Shown in pieces: positions 1-9,952 of a DNA stretch of 64,000 nt. The first letter of the stretch is position 1. Every line of letters starts with the position of its first letter. The DNA is taken from positions 2,752,001 to 2,816,000 of the forward strand of contig OY820591.1 of assembly GCA_963555985.3 (NCBI GenBank). The letters run 5' to 3'. The stretch comes from Dehalococcoidia bacterium (lineage in GTDB: Bacteria; Chloroflexota; Dehalococcoidia; Bin125). The notes beneath the pieces are model-generated. The model was given only the letters and a program-made list of their open reading frames with translations, did not search any database and was not told where the DNA came from. The position numbers and the translations under genes were made by a program.

Positions 1-744
1 GCAGAATGGATCGAGCACGAGATCGCCCGGATTGCTAGAGGCGCGAATGATGCGTTCGTAGAGCGCGAGCGGTTTCTGGGTGGGATAGCCCATGCGCTCT
101 TTGGCCATGTTATTGAGCGAGGGGATGTCGCTCCACACATCGAGCATTCCCTTTTGCTTGCCGGCCATCAGTTGGCTTGTCGCCGCCACTTTGGGCTTAT
201 CGAAGACATAGGAGGCCGACTTGGAGTAGAACAGAATCACGTCGTGCTTACGCGAGTAGTACTTCGGAGAGCTGCCACCCAGTCCATACGTCCAGATGAT
301 CTCGTTGATAAATCGCGCTCGCCCGAAGATGGCGTCGAGTAGGGACTTGAGGTAGTGGCTGGCGGTTGGGTCGCAGTGGAGGTAGAGGCTGCCGTCGTCG
401 CGGAGGACTCGGTGCATTTCGAGCAGGCGGACACCCAGCCAGCAGAGGAAGGCGGCCATGTCTTCGCCGGCGGCGGCTCGGGCGGCTTCGATTACTTGCC
501 AGACGGCGGGCCAGTCGTCCTGGATGGCGTCGACCCAGTCCTGGTGGACGTCTTTGTCCCAGCTCCAGCGGTCTTCGAACTTGGCGCCGGCGGCGAGGGA
601 GTCGGGGGTGGCGTGGAAGTCGCGGCCTTTGTTGAAGGGCGGGTCGGTGGCTATGAGGTGGATGGTGTTGGAGTTGAGGCCTCGGAGGAAGGGGAGGTTG
701 TCGCCGTGGAAGAGGGTTCGGTTGGTGAAGTTGGGGGTGGTCAT
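1..744 (-). CDS. Beta-class N6-adenine/N4-cytosine DNA methyltransferase (5' part; runs off the window start)
   Basis: Not in the ORF track. Manual translation from ATG at 744: MTTPNFTNRTLFHGDNL...IATDPPFN (motif IV)...GSLYLHCDPTASHYLK...GYPTQKPLALYERIIRASSNPGDLVLDPFC (start of motif I); open frame to base 1. Confidence 0.92.
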   Translation of the reverse strand, partial: MTTPNFTNRTLFHGDNLPFLRGLNSNTIHLIATDPPFNKGRDFHATPDSLAAGAKFEDRWSWDKDVHQDWVDAIQDDWPAVWQVIEAARAAAGEDMAAFLCWLGVRLLEMHRVLRDDGSLYLHCDPTASHYLKSLLDAIFGRARFINEIIWTYGLGGSSPKYYSRKHDVILFYSKSASYVFDKPKVAATSQLMAGKQKGMLDVWSDIPSLNNMAKERMGYPTQKPLALYERIIRASSNPGDLVLDPFC

Positions 745-829
745 GCTTCATATGTTCGCGTGGGTTGGGGTGGTTTGGCAAGTGGGCGGGGGGCGGCTGT
801 GTGCTGGGCTGACGTTCGTGCTCGACTCG

Positions 830-915
830 GCGAGATACCCGCGACGGAGCGCGGGTATGACGGAGTTTCTTTGGGGGAGAAGGGGAATGGATTCCCGCGT
901 GCGCGGGAATGACGG
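830..915. repeat. Palindromic REP-like pair: GAGATACCCGCG..GCGCGGGTATGACG plus dRS3-like ATTCCC-N8-GGGAAT
   Basis: cgagatacccgcgacggagcgcgggtatgacg at 831-862; attcccgcgtgcgcgggaat at 891-910; both recur many times in the window. Confidence 0.9.
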
Positions 916-953
916 ACGGGGATGGGGGGATTCGGCTGAGGGGGGGTAGGCGG

Positions 954-2015
954 CTAGGGGGTGTCTGGCTGGGGTTGTTGGCGGAGAGGGAGTTGGAAGA
1001 GCCAGAGGAATAGCAGGCCCAGGATTGAGATCGGGATGAGCACTAGCCCGTGCAGGGTTGCGGCGTAGGCGATTGCGGCTTCTTCTGCGGCTTCTGGGCC
1101 TACTGCTCCGAGGGTGGGCAGCCAGATTAGTAGCACGGCTTTGGTTGCCCACTCGAACGGTCCTACTCCGCCTGAGGTGGAGGGGGCGGTGATGAGTAGG
1201 TTCGCTCCGGCTGCGACGAGTAGATAGACGACGAAGGGCAGGCCCAATCCGAAGGCTTTGCCGACCATCCAGTACATCACCGCTTCGAGGCCCCAGGCGA
1301 GGAAGCTGGCGACCAGCGCGCCGATGACTTGGCGGCGGTTCGCCTGGGCGGACATGCCGACGATCACGGGTTGCAGCCATGACCACTGGCGCCCGCGCTG
1401 TCCAGGCAGGCGGCGGAGGAGGTTGCGGGCGATCCGTTCGGCGTCGCGGGGACGGCGCGCGACCGCTCCGAAGACGAGGAAGGCTCCGATGATGCCGAAG
1501 ATGAGGAAGCCCATCGCGGCGGTCAAGGCGTCGCCGGCGTAGGTCATGCCGTCCAATCCGACCAGGCTCGCGCCGACTCCGGCGCAGAGGAAGAGGGTCA
1601 GCATGAGGCCGTCGTAGACGCGAGTCATGAAGATGCTGGAGAGTCCGGACAGGCGCGAGATTGCGTGACGCTGGTAGAGGACGTGGGCGCGGACCAGCTC
1701 GCCCGCGCGGAGCGGGAGCACGTTGTTGACGCCGAAGCCGATGGCGACGATCGGGAACAGCCGCCACCAGGCAATGGTTTCGATGTGCAGGAGGAGGTAG
1801 TGCCAGCGCCAGGCGCGGGCGGCGACGCCGGCGAAGTAGACGCCCAGGGCGGGGGCGATCCACCAGGCAGAGACTTCGGTGAAGGCTCGTCCCACCTGTG
1901 CGAAGTCGGTATGGCGCAGGAAGAGGACGATGAAGACGGTGCTGCCGCCTACGCCCAAGAGGGCGCGCGCTGTCCGACCCGTCGCCCAGGGCGGAGGGCG
2001 CAGACTCCGCCGCAC
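954..2015 (-). CDS. Lysylphosphatidylglycerol synthase TM region / flippase-like membrane protein (UPF0104)
   Basis: Polytopic membrane protein with RAWRW, NNVLPLRAGELVRA and APSTSGGVGPFE motifs; exact start uncertain. Confidence 0.82.
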   Translation of the reverse strand: MRRSLRPPPWATGRTARALLGVGGSTVFIVLFLRHTDFAQVGRAFTEVSAWWIAPALGVYFAGVAARAWRWHYLLLHIETIAWWRLFPIVAIGFGVNNVLPLRAGELVRAHVLYQRHAISRLSGLSSIFMTRVYDGLMLTLFLCAGVGASLVGLDGMTYAGDALTAAMGFLIFGIIGAFLVFGAVARRPRDAERIARNLLRRLPGQRGRQWSWLQPVIVGMSAQANRRQVIGALVASFLAWGLEAVMYWMVGKAFGLGLPFVVYLLVAAGANLLITAPSTSGGVGPFEWATKAVLLIWLPTLGAVGPEAAEEAAIAYAATLHGLVLIPISILGLLFLWLFQLPLRQQPQPDTP

Positions 2016-2018
2016 GGT

Positions 2019-3011
2019 TCAGCTCACTTCGATCCGTCGCGGCGGCAGCCGCAGGCTCTCGCGCGCCCAGACCAGGGCGCGGCGTTTCCAGTTGAGCCAT
2101 TGGCGGCGGCGCTGGGCCCAGGAGAGACGGGCCAAGCGGACGCCTTCGACGATCCCCATGGCGATCGCGGCCACAATCGCGCCGGCGATGATGTCGGCTA
2201 GGTAGTGCTCTCCGAGGTACATCAGGGCGAACGCGAGCGCGGCAGAGTAGAGCAGCGCAATTGCCACCAGCCAGCGGGAGCGGACGAGCAGCCCGACTCC
2301 CACGACGACGAACGAGGCGGCGAAGTGGAGCGAGGGCATCGCGGCGGTCGGGTTCGGCTCGGCCATGGTCTCGAACGCCCAGGCGTAGAAGCTCTCGCCC
2401 AGGAGCGCGGGGCCGACGCCGTTCATCACGCGGACGATCCCGTCCACCATGCCTTGCCCGGCGGCCATCCAGGGCGGCGCGGTGGGCACGGTGAAGTAGA
2501 GCAAGGCGCCGAGCATGAAGGTGCTCGCCACGATCAGGGTTACCCGCCAGGCGTACTTGCGCGCGAAGAGCCAGACTCCGACCACGGCTGCGTGGGGGAA
2601 GACGAACCAAGTCCAGTGGATCACGGCCGAGGCGTAGGCGGCGATGCCCGGATCGGAGCCGGTACCGCCGATCCGGGCCTGGAGCCAGGCCGAGGGCGTG
2701 GCGCCGGCGAACATCCACAGTTCCCAGTCGAGGACGTAGGCGGTGAGTGTGCGCAGTCCGGTTTCGTCGGCGGCGTCGCGGAGTTGGATGAAGAAGCCCA
2801 TCGTGATGATGTAGGCGGCGAGCGGTCCCCATTCGCCCCAACCGCGCGCGAGCAGGAACCCGGCGACGATCGCCAGGCCTGCGAGCGGAGCAAAGATGAC
2901 CGCGTCGAGATCGACGGTCTGACGCAGTACGACCGCGAGCACACCCGCAGCCAGCAATGACCAACAACCGAACCGCAACTCGCTTCGCACTGCCTGCTTC
3001 GCCTTCCTCAC
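2019..3011 (-). CDS. PAP2-family membrane phosphatase / inositol-phosphorylceramide synthase (AUR1)-like protein
   Basis: PTAPPW, AAMPSLHFA and GEHYLAD motifs in a hydrophobic protein. Confidence 0.82.
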   Translation of the reverse strand: MRKAKQAVRSELRFGCWSLLAAGVLAVVLRQTVDLDAVIFAPLAGLAIVAGFLLARGWGEWGPLAAYIITMGFFIQLRDAADETGLRTLTAYVLDWELWMFAGATPSAWLQARIGGTGSDPGIAAYASAVIHWTWFVFPHAAVVGVWLFARKYAWRVTLIVASTFMLGALLYFTVPTAPPWMAAGQGMVDGIVRVMNGVGPALLGESFYAWAFETMAEPNPTAAMPSLHFAASFVVVGVGLLVRSRWLVAIALLYSAALAFALMYLGEHYLADIIAGAIVAAIAMGIVEGVRLARLSWAQRRRQWLNWKRRALVWARESLRLPPRRIEVS

Positions 3012-3120
3012 AGTCGCTCGCTGATGTGCGGCGACTACTCAGCAGACGCTCCGCGAATTCATGCTAACGAACGGGACACGTCGGCTCAGAGCACTACGAA
3101 GAGGCGAAACATCTCGCCCG

Positions 3121-3861
3121 TCACTCAGCGGAATCCACCGGCGCCGCGCGCAGACGATCGCTGATCAGCTTCGCCACTGCATCAAGATCGGTGAGCGGTT
3201 GGATGGCGACGGCGCTCAGGGCCGGGACGTCGACGCGCAGGGCGACTTTGGCGAAGACGATCGCGCCGTCTTGGGCGAACACCACCAACTGCGTGAGCCA
3301 GCTTCCGCCCTGATGTCCGTGCAAGAGGGCTACCGACACGGCGGCGTCGCCGATTTCCGCGAGGGGGCGCACGGCGCTGTCGAACAGCTCATGCTGGGGG
3401 CTCGTAAAGGCCAGGGCGGTGCCGGGGGGCAGCGAGGCCAGGTAGCGAACCCACTCGGTCGCGGACTCGCGGCTGACATCGGTGAAGACGTGCATCCAGA
3501 AGGTCTCACCGGTCTGTGCCTGGGGGCTGGGCTGCATCAGGGCGCCGTCCGAGTGCAGGGCCCGCTGCGGCAGGGCGGCCAGGATCGGATCGGACATTTC
3601 GGCCAGATCGAGCGGCAAACCGGCGAGCAGGGTGGTGTCCTCGAGGTGGGAGCCGATGTCGGCCGCGGTTAACTCGAGTGTCCGCACCGGCGGCGCGCCC
3701 GGTTGTTCCTGGGCCGGATCCGGGGATTGGATCTGTTGCTGTTGCTCGGGTTCGGTCTGCTGGGCCGGCTCCTGCACGAGCGGCGGCTCGGGTTCGCCGT
3801 TGCAGCCGCTGGCCATGAAGGCGGCCAAACCCAGCGCCAGCGCGGCCCAGAGGCGACCCAT
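3121..3861 (-). CDS. Putative lipoprotein of unknown function
   Basis: Signal peptide ending LAAFMASG-C, then a Q/P-rich linker and a globular domain; directly downstream of the kinase. Confidence 0.65.
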   Translation of the reverse strand: MGRLWAALALGLAAFMASGCNGEPEPPLVQEPAQQTEPEQQQQIQSPDPAQEQPGAPPVRTLELTAADIGSHLEDTTLLAGLPLDLAEMSDPILAALPQRALHSDGALMQPSPQAQTGETFWMHVFTDVSRESATEWVRYLASLPPGTALAFTSPQHELFDSAVRPLAEIGDAAVSVALLHGHQGGSWLTQLVVFAQDGAIVFAKVALRVDVPALSAVAIQPLTDLDAVAKLISDRLRAAPVDSAE

Positions 3862-3863
3862 GA

Positions 3864-5477
3864 TTAGGCCCGCGCCGAGGCGTCGGCCGACGGCTCGGCG
3901 CTGTCCGACTGAGACGATTCGGCCTCGTCCGCGCGGCGCAGGATCACGCGGAAGGTGGTGCCCTCGCCTTGCTCGCTTGAGACCTGGATTTCGCCCCCTT
4001 GCGCGCGCACCAACTCACGCGCGATTGCCAGACCCAGGCCGGTGCCGCCCTGCGCGCCCGGGCGATCGGACTTGTAGTAGCGGTCGAACAGGTGCGGAAT
4101 CGCTTCTTCGGCGATCCCGACGCCGGTATCCGCGACGGCGATCGACACGCTGGTCTCGCTCTCCACGCGGGCGCTGAGCACGACATCGCCGCCCGGCGGC
4201 GTGTGCCGCAGCGCATTGTCTACCAAGTTGCCCAAGACCTGATCGAGCCGATCCCAATCGCCCAAGACGTCGCCCACATCCGACTCCGCGACCGACAGGC
4301 GCACATCCAACTCCTGCGCCCGCAAGGTGAACAGATCGCCCACGTGGGAGAGCAGCGTGGCCGCGTCGACCGGCTTGCGTTCCACCTGTACCTGCCCCGC
4401 CTCGATCCGCGAGAGGTCGACCAAGCCGCCGACCAGCCGCAGCAGCCGGCGCGATTCGTCCTCGATGATGCGGTAGGCGTTCTGGCGGCCTTCCTGTTCC
4501 TCGACCACGTTGTCCATCAGCGCGCGCGAGAAGCCGTTGATCGAGGTCAGCGGCGTTTGCAAGTCGTGGGAGACGTTGGCGAGGAAGTCGCGCAGGGCGG
4601 TCTGTTGCCGCTCGACTTCCTCGGTCATCTGATTAAACGACTGGGCCAGTTCCTGCGCTTCTTGCGAGCCTTCGACGGCGACGCGCTGTTGCAACTGTCC
4701 GCGGGCGACGCTCCGCGCGGCCGCCGCCACTCGCTGGACCGGGCGGTAGATCGAGCGCGAGACGAGGAATCCCACCAAGGTCGCGATCACGAGCGCCAGC
4801 ACGCCCGCGATCACGAGCCGCGAGGAGAGGTCGCCCAGCAGGGCCGCGCGCGGCTCGCCGACTAGCGCCACTGCGACGCAGCAGTAGCCCTGACGCGCCG
4901 CTTCCTCCTCTGACAATCGCGCCAGTACGTAGGTCAGCCGCTCGCCGCCCTCGGCTTCGACTGCGCCCTCGACATACGTGGTCCCGTCCTGCGCTGCGTC
5001 TGCCAGCGCGCCCAGTTCTATCGCCAGCTGCTCACCCAGGAAGCGATCTTCTCGTTCGGAAATCCGCACCACCTCGCCCGAGGCAGACAGTCCCAGCACG
5101 ACCACATCCAACTCGGCGACGATCGATCCGCTGACGCGGAGATCGGTCTCGAAGATGCTCAGCAGACGCTCAAAGGTCCGCGCCTCGCGCTCCTGCGAGA
5201 ACAGTTCCGGGCCCCAGGCCGTGGCCAGTTCGCGCACGCGCGACCTGTCCACCTCGTCCTGATAGCCGCCCAAGACCAGGAACAGGGCCAGCCCCGCCAC
5301 TGCCAGCGTAAGCAGAATGATCGCAATGAGGGTGGCGTAGATCCGGGCCCGGATCGTGCGCAGTTGGAGTCCGGGCCAACGTGGTTTGAGTTCGGCAGCG
5401 GGAGCCCAACGGGCGAGGTTTAGCCCCGGCCGCCTTCGTCGGTGGGCGCCGCGCGCAGAGACGCCACTCGCAGTCAC
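3864..5477 (-). CDS. HAMP-domain sensor histidine kinase
   Basis: Two TM helices, HAMP, H-box NVSHDLQTPLTSI, N-box NLVDNALRH, G-boxes DTGVGI and GGTGLGLAI. Confidence 0.95.
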   Translation of the reverse strand: MTASGVSARGAHRRRRPGLNLARWAPAAELKPRWPGLQLRTIRARIYATLIAIILLTLAVAGLALFLVLGGYQDEVDRSRVRELATAWGPELFSQEREARTFERLLSIFETDLRVSGSIVAELDVVVLGLSASGEVVRISEREDRFLGEQLAIELGALADAAQDGTTYVEGAVEAEGGERLTYVLARLSEEEAARQGYCCVAVALVGEPRAALLGDLSSRLVIAGVLALVIATLVGFLVSRSIYRPVQRVAAAARSVARGQLQQRVAVEGSQEAQELAQSFNQMTEEVERQQTALRDFLANVSHDLQTPLTSINGFSRALMDNVVEEQEGRQNAYRIIEDESRRLLRLVGGLVDLSRIEAGQVQVERKPVDAATLLSHVGDLFTLRAQELDVRLSVAESDVGDVLGDWDRLDQVLGNLVDNALRHTPPGGDVVLSARVESETSVSIAVADTGVGIAEEAIPHLFDRYYKSDRPGAQGGTGLGLAIARELVRAQGGEIQVSSEQGEGTTFRVILRRADEAESSQSDSAEPSADASARA

Positions 5478-5482
5478 TGCCC

Positions 5483-6211
<729 letters not shown>

Positions 6212-6337
6212 CAGGTCACCGTCTGCCCGTCGCCATCCTCACTATAGCCATATCTCCGTAGACCGCGCACGGCGGTCTAGCTCTCGCTTGAGAGGGGGCG
6301 ACTGAAGCAATGTATGGCGCACTTGAGAGGACTGCGG

Positions 6338-6792
6338 CATCTCCCCCTCAAGGAGAGTTGCGCGTACATCACATTCCCGTTGCTCTCGTCATTCCAGCGA
6401 ACGCTGGAATCTCGCTCCGACCAGAGAGCCCGCAATTCCGGACGAGATTCCAGGTCAAGCCTGGAATGACGGAATCCGGGATTACGCGCAGGTCTCCGCA
6501 AGGGGGGGAGCGATGCATAACCCCTGAATTGCTGCAATTCCGCCATTCCAACCCAACGAGACATCATCCATCCCGGTACGTTGGGGCCTCGGAGGAGCGG
6601 AGCGCGCGATGTGAGGTCGGTGGTACGACCAAATTGGGAGTGGTTTCACACTTGGTTGCTTCGAGATTCCCGCCCCCTGTTCAGGCCAGGAGCAGGCTGC
6701 GCGGGAATGACGGAAGGAGGCGCGGGAATGACGGAATTTGGGATTACGCGCAGGTCTCCGCAAGGGGGGGAGAGAGGAGCGGGAATGACGCA
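6338..6792. repeat. Nested palindromic repeat cluster (dRS3-like hairpins, GATTACGCGCAGGTCTC termini, conserved ~75-bp spacer)
   Basis: Hairpins at 6391-6410, 6447-6467 and 6666-6708; gattacgcgcaggtctccgcaagggggg at ~6480 and ~6743; spacer 6597-6670 recurs at 33085 and (inverted) 46681. Confidence 0.88.
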
Positions 6793-6809
6793 GGGCGGGA
6801 ATGGGGGAC

Positions 6810-7748
6810 TCAATTGAGCGCCTCCAGGAGGGCGTCTCGGGCCAGATTGATTGCCACCATTTGCTCGGTGTTTCCGCCTGCGTCGGGGTGGTGGGCTTTG
6901 GCTAAGCGCCGGTGGGCGGCGACGATCTCCGCTCGCGTTGCTCCGGCTTTGAGCGACAGGACTCGCCGATGCTCGGCGAGCGGGTCGGCGGCGCGCGCCG
7001 CTGCCTGGGCACGACGCCGACGCTCCGCTTCACGGGCGCGCTCCGAGCCTGCTTCCTGCTCCGCGCGGCGGCGGCGATCGGCTGCTCTGCGGCGCTCTTC
7101 CGCCGCTTTTGATTCGCGCTGACGCTTGGTCTCGTTGCGGCGACGGCGTTGCTCCGCTTCGCGGCGGCGTTGTTCGGTTTCGGCCCGGCGCTGGCGATCC
7201 TGCGCTGCTCGCTGGCGGCGGCGCTCTGCGCGGCGACGCTCCAGTTCGGCTTCTTGCCGCTGCTCCCGTTCGGAGGCGGCGCGCACCTTGCGTTCGATCG
7301 AATCGGCGCGGCGCAGTTCCTCGCGGACGGTCTCGTAGGCGCGGCGGAGTTCATCCAGTTGCCAGCGCTCCTGACCGGCCGCACGCCCGGCCCGGGCTTG
7401 GCGTTGGTAGGCCTCGTCGACCTCTGCTGCGGACGCGTCCGCGCTCACTCCGAGCAGACGCCGCTCGGCCGAGACCGAGTCATCCACCTCATTCGACGAC
7501 AAGGCGTCCCAGAAGCGCCGCGCCTGGGCGAAGGCCGCCTCGCGGTTACGCAGACCCCACTCGTGGCCTTCGCTTCGCTCGCGGCCAACTGCGCGATCCC
7601 ACCAGCCCGCGCCCCAACTCTGCGCGCCCTGCTGCACCCAGACTCCGGCGATCGGATCGCGCCACTGGACCCAGGTGGTGGGCGCGGTCTGGCGAAATCC
7701 CGCCGCCCAATCGGGCTCGGCCTTGGCCTGCGTCGCTGTGGTCGTCAT
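6810..7748 (-). CDS. J-domain (DnaJ-like) protein with charged coiled-coil linker
   Basis: C-terminal VLSLKAGATRAEIVAAHRRLAKAHHPDAGG J domain with HPD; second degenerate J-like segment (LLGVSADASAAEVDEAY) lacking HPD. Confidence 0.82.
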   Translation of the reverse strand: MTTTATQAKAEPDWAAGFRQTAPTTWVQWRDPIAGVWVQQGAQSWGAGWWDRAVGRERSEGHEWGLRNREAAFAQARRFWDALSSNEVDDSVSAERRLLGVSADASAAEVDEAYQRQARAGRAAGQERWQLDELRRAYETVREELRRADSIERKVRAASEREQRQEAELERRRAERRRQRAAQDRQRRAETEQRRREAEQRRRRNETKRQRESKAAEERRRAADRRRRAEQEAGSERAREAERRRRAQAAARAADPLAEHRRVLSLKAGATRAEIVAAHRRLAKAHHPDAGGNTEQMVAINLARDALLEALN

Positions 7749-7760
7749 CTCATCAGTCCA

Positions 7761-7774
7761 CGAACTCCAGTACT
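7761..7774. promoter_or_regulatory. Putative LexA (SOS) box
   Basis: CGAAC-TCCA-GTAC, one mismatch to GAAC-N4-GTTC; ~13 bp upstream of the J-domain start and just downstream of a TAGGAT -10-like hexamer on the minus strand. Confidence 0.5.
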
Positions 7775-7888
7775 GATAGATATCCTAACACCAGATCGGG
7801 GCGCGCGGCTAGAGCGGCTTGTTACGCTCACTCCCAACCCCCGCACCAGACCACTATCGCTCCCCATTCCCCACAGGAGACGATCCCG

Positions 7889-9145
7889 ATGCCTCGACGC
7901 GAACTCCCCGCCGGTGTCACTGTCCGCGCCGCCAACGCCGAAGAGATGGAAGACTTCCGTTTCGTGGCCAACATCGCGCTCGCCGAACACGGCAACCCGA
8001 TGCGCGATCCGGTCACCTTCCTCAATCCCGAGTGGTCGACCTGCGTCTTCGAGCAGGGCGCGCTGGTGACCACCTTTGGGGCTTGGCCGTTCTCGATGCG
8101 CTTCAACGGCGAACGCGCGCACGTCGCGGGGGTTACGGCGGTGGGCACGCTGCCGACCAAGCGGCGGCGCGGATATCTGCGTTTTGCGATGGAGGCTTCG
8201 CTGACAGAGCAGTACGAGCGGGGGCAATCGCTGGCGGCGCTTTACGCCTCTCAAGCGGCGATCTACCAGCGCTTCGGTTATGCCGTCTGCTCGCGGCGGC
8301 TGAGCTACGAGATCGATCCGCTCGATCTGCATTTCGTGCAGGCGCCGACGCCGCGCGGCGAACTGCGCGTCGTCAACGCTAAAGACCTGCCTGACGAGGC
8401 TCAGGTGATCCGCGATCTCTACCGCCAATTCGCGGAGCCGCGCAACGGCCTGCTGCATCGCGGGCTGACGCTCTGGCAGGCGGAAGTCTTGGACGAACCC
8501 GAGGACATCAGCGAGGGCCCGGTGCGCTGTCTGCTCTATGAAGAGGACGGCGAAGTGCTGGGGTACCTGATCTACACGAGCTGCGAAGACGGCAAGCTGA
8601 ACGCCTTCTCGGCCGGTCAGCGCGATCACCGCACCCAGGTGCGCGAGTACGGCTGGCTCACACCGGACGCCTACATCGCGATGTGGCAGTACCTCGCCGC
8701 CCAGGATCTGACCTGGCGGATCACGGTCAACGACGCGCCTTCCGACGATCCGCTCTTTCACCTCGCCCGCGACCCGCGCACGCTGCGCACCAAAGTGATG
8801 GACGGCATCCTCGTGCGGATCGTCGATCTGCCCCGAGCCCTGCAAATCCGCCGCTACCCGGTCGAGGCTGAACTGACTTTCCGCGTGCAGGACGATCTCT
8901 GCGAGTGGAACGAGGGTACCTGGAAGCTCTCGGCCGGCCCGGAAGGGGTCGATATCCGTCAGGTTGATGCGGAGCCGCAGTTGTCGATGGACGTGTTCAC
9001 GCTGGCGCATCTGGCGACGGGCGCGCTGCCGGCGAGCTACGCGCATCGGCTGGGGCGGATCGAGGCGGCGGATCGGTCGGCTCTGCAAACGGCCGATCAG
9101 CTGTTCAAGACCGAGTACGCGATGCACTGTCTGAACCACTTCTAG
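7889..9145 (+). CDS. Eis-like GNAT acetyltransferase with C-terminal SCP2 domain
   Basis: VTAVGTLPTKRRRGY acetyl-CoA motif, LYASQAAIYQRFGY, DDLCEWNEG; ATG 7889 after AGGAG. Confidence 0.9.
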   Translation: MPRRELPAGVTVRAANAEEMEDFRFVANIALAEHGNPMRDPVTFLNPEWSTCVFEQGALVTTFGAWPFSMRFNGERAHVAGVTAVGTLPTKRRRGYLRFAMEASLTEQYERGQSLAALYASQAAIYQRFGYAVCSRRLSYEIDPLDLHFVQAPTPRGELRVVNAKDLPDEAQVIRDLYRQFAEPRNGLLHRGLTLWQAEVLDEPEDISEGPVRCLLYEEDGEVLGYLIYTSCEDGKLNAFSAGQRDHRTQVREYGWLTPDAYIAMWQYLAAQDLTWRITVNDAPSDDPLFHLARDPRTLRTKVMDGILVRIVDLPRALQIRRYPVEAELTFRVQDDLCEWNEGTWKLSAGPEGVDIRQVDAEPQLSMDVFTLAHLATGALPASYAHRLGRIEAADRSALQTADQLFKTEYAMHCLNHF

Positions 9146-9238
9146 GGGCGGCTGTTGACGGGAGAACCAGCTGTCACGTCATGTACACGTCGAACGGCGC
9201 GCTCAGCGCGTCCGCTACCTTGTAGCTACCGGAGCGCC

Positions 9239-9943
9239 ATGTCCACTGATGCTCAGACCACGACGCCGACCCTCATCCGCTTCCGTTTGCCGGAACCGCC
9301 TGAGCGGAATCCAGATGAAGTGACCTCCTACCAATACGTGCATCTGACCGGCAACCCGCATTTCCTGGCGCAGCACTTCGCCAAGCCCGAGACGACGATC
9401 ATCGGCGCGGAACTCTTCCTAGTCGCCGCGCGCCGCTCGCGGCCTTTGCGCGTCCCTGACCTGCTGATCGCCTTCGACGTCGATCCTGAGCTGTACTACG
9501 AGCAGAACGGCTACGTGATCTCGGATCAGGGCAAGCCGCCCGACTTCATCCTCGAGGTCGCTTCGCCCAGCACGGCGACGGTCGACACGATCGATAAACG
9601 GCGCGATTACGCCAGCTTCGGCGTGCCCGAATACTGGCGGTTCGACCACACCGGAGCATCCCACGGGGCGCGGTTGGCGGGGGATCGGTTGGTCGGGGAT
9701 CGGTACGAGGCGATTGAGATCGTCGAACTCGCGCCTGATGTTCTGCAAGGCGAGAGTGAAGCGCTGAAGCTTTGGCTGCGCTGGGACCAGGGGCAGTTGG
9801 GCTGGATCGATCCTGCGACGGGCGAGCACATTCCCACCTTCGACTCCGAGCGTGAGGCGCGGATTGCGTCGGAGGAGGCGCGAGCGACGGCGGAGGCTCG
9901 GGTGCGGGAGTTGGAAGCGGAGCTGCGTCGCCGGGAACAATAG
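9239..9943 (+). CDS. Uma2-family (PD-(D/E)XK) putative endonuclease
   Basis: VPDLLIAF, PPDFILEVASPST, KRRDYASFGVPEYWRFD; C-terminal coiled coil. Confidence 0.9.
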   Translation: MSTDAQTTTPTLIRFRLPEPPERNPDEVTSYQYVHLTGNPHFLAQHFAKPETTIIGAELFLVAARRSRPLRVPDLLIAFDVDPELYYEQNGYVISDQGKPPDFILEVASPSTATVDTIDKRRDYASFGVPEYWRFDHTGASHGARLAGDRLVGDRYEAIEIVELAPDVLQGESEALKLWLRWDQGQLGWIDPATGEHIPTFDSEREARIASEEARATAEARVRELEAELRRREQ

Positions 9944-9952
9944 CGCTCAAGC

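Noticed and set aside
748-2967. 739-aa minus-strand ORF
   Set aside because: Arg/Pro-rich alternative frame of the PAP2 and flippase genes; typical high-GC shadow ORF
6277-7122. ORFs across repeat clusters (also 32886-33293 and 29033-29377)
   Set aside because: Translations such as RHSR, GNDG and YPRRSAGMT are just the palindromic repeats read in frame
7109-7888. N-terminal extension of the GNAT ORF to 678 aa
   Set aside because: Overlaps the J-domain gene antisense; the better start is ATG 7889 with an AGGAG RBS
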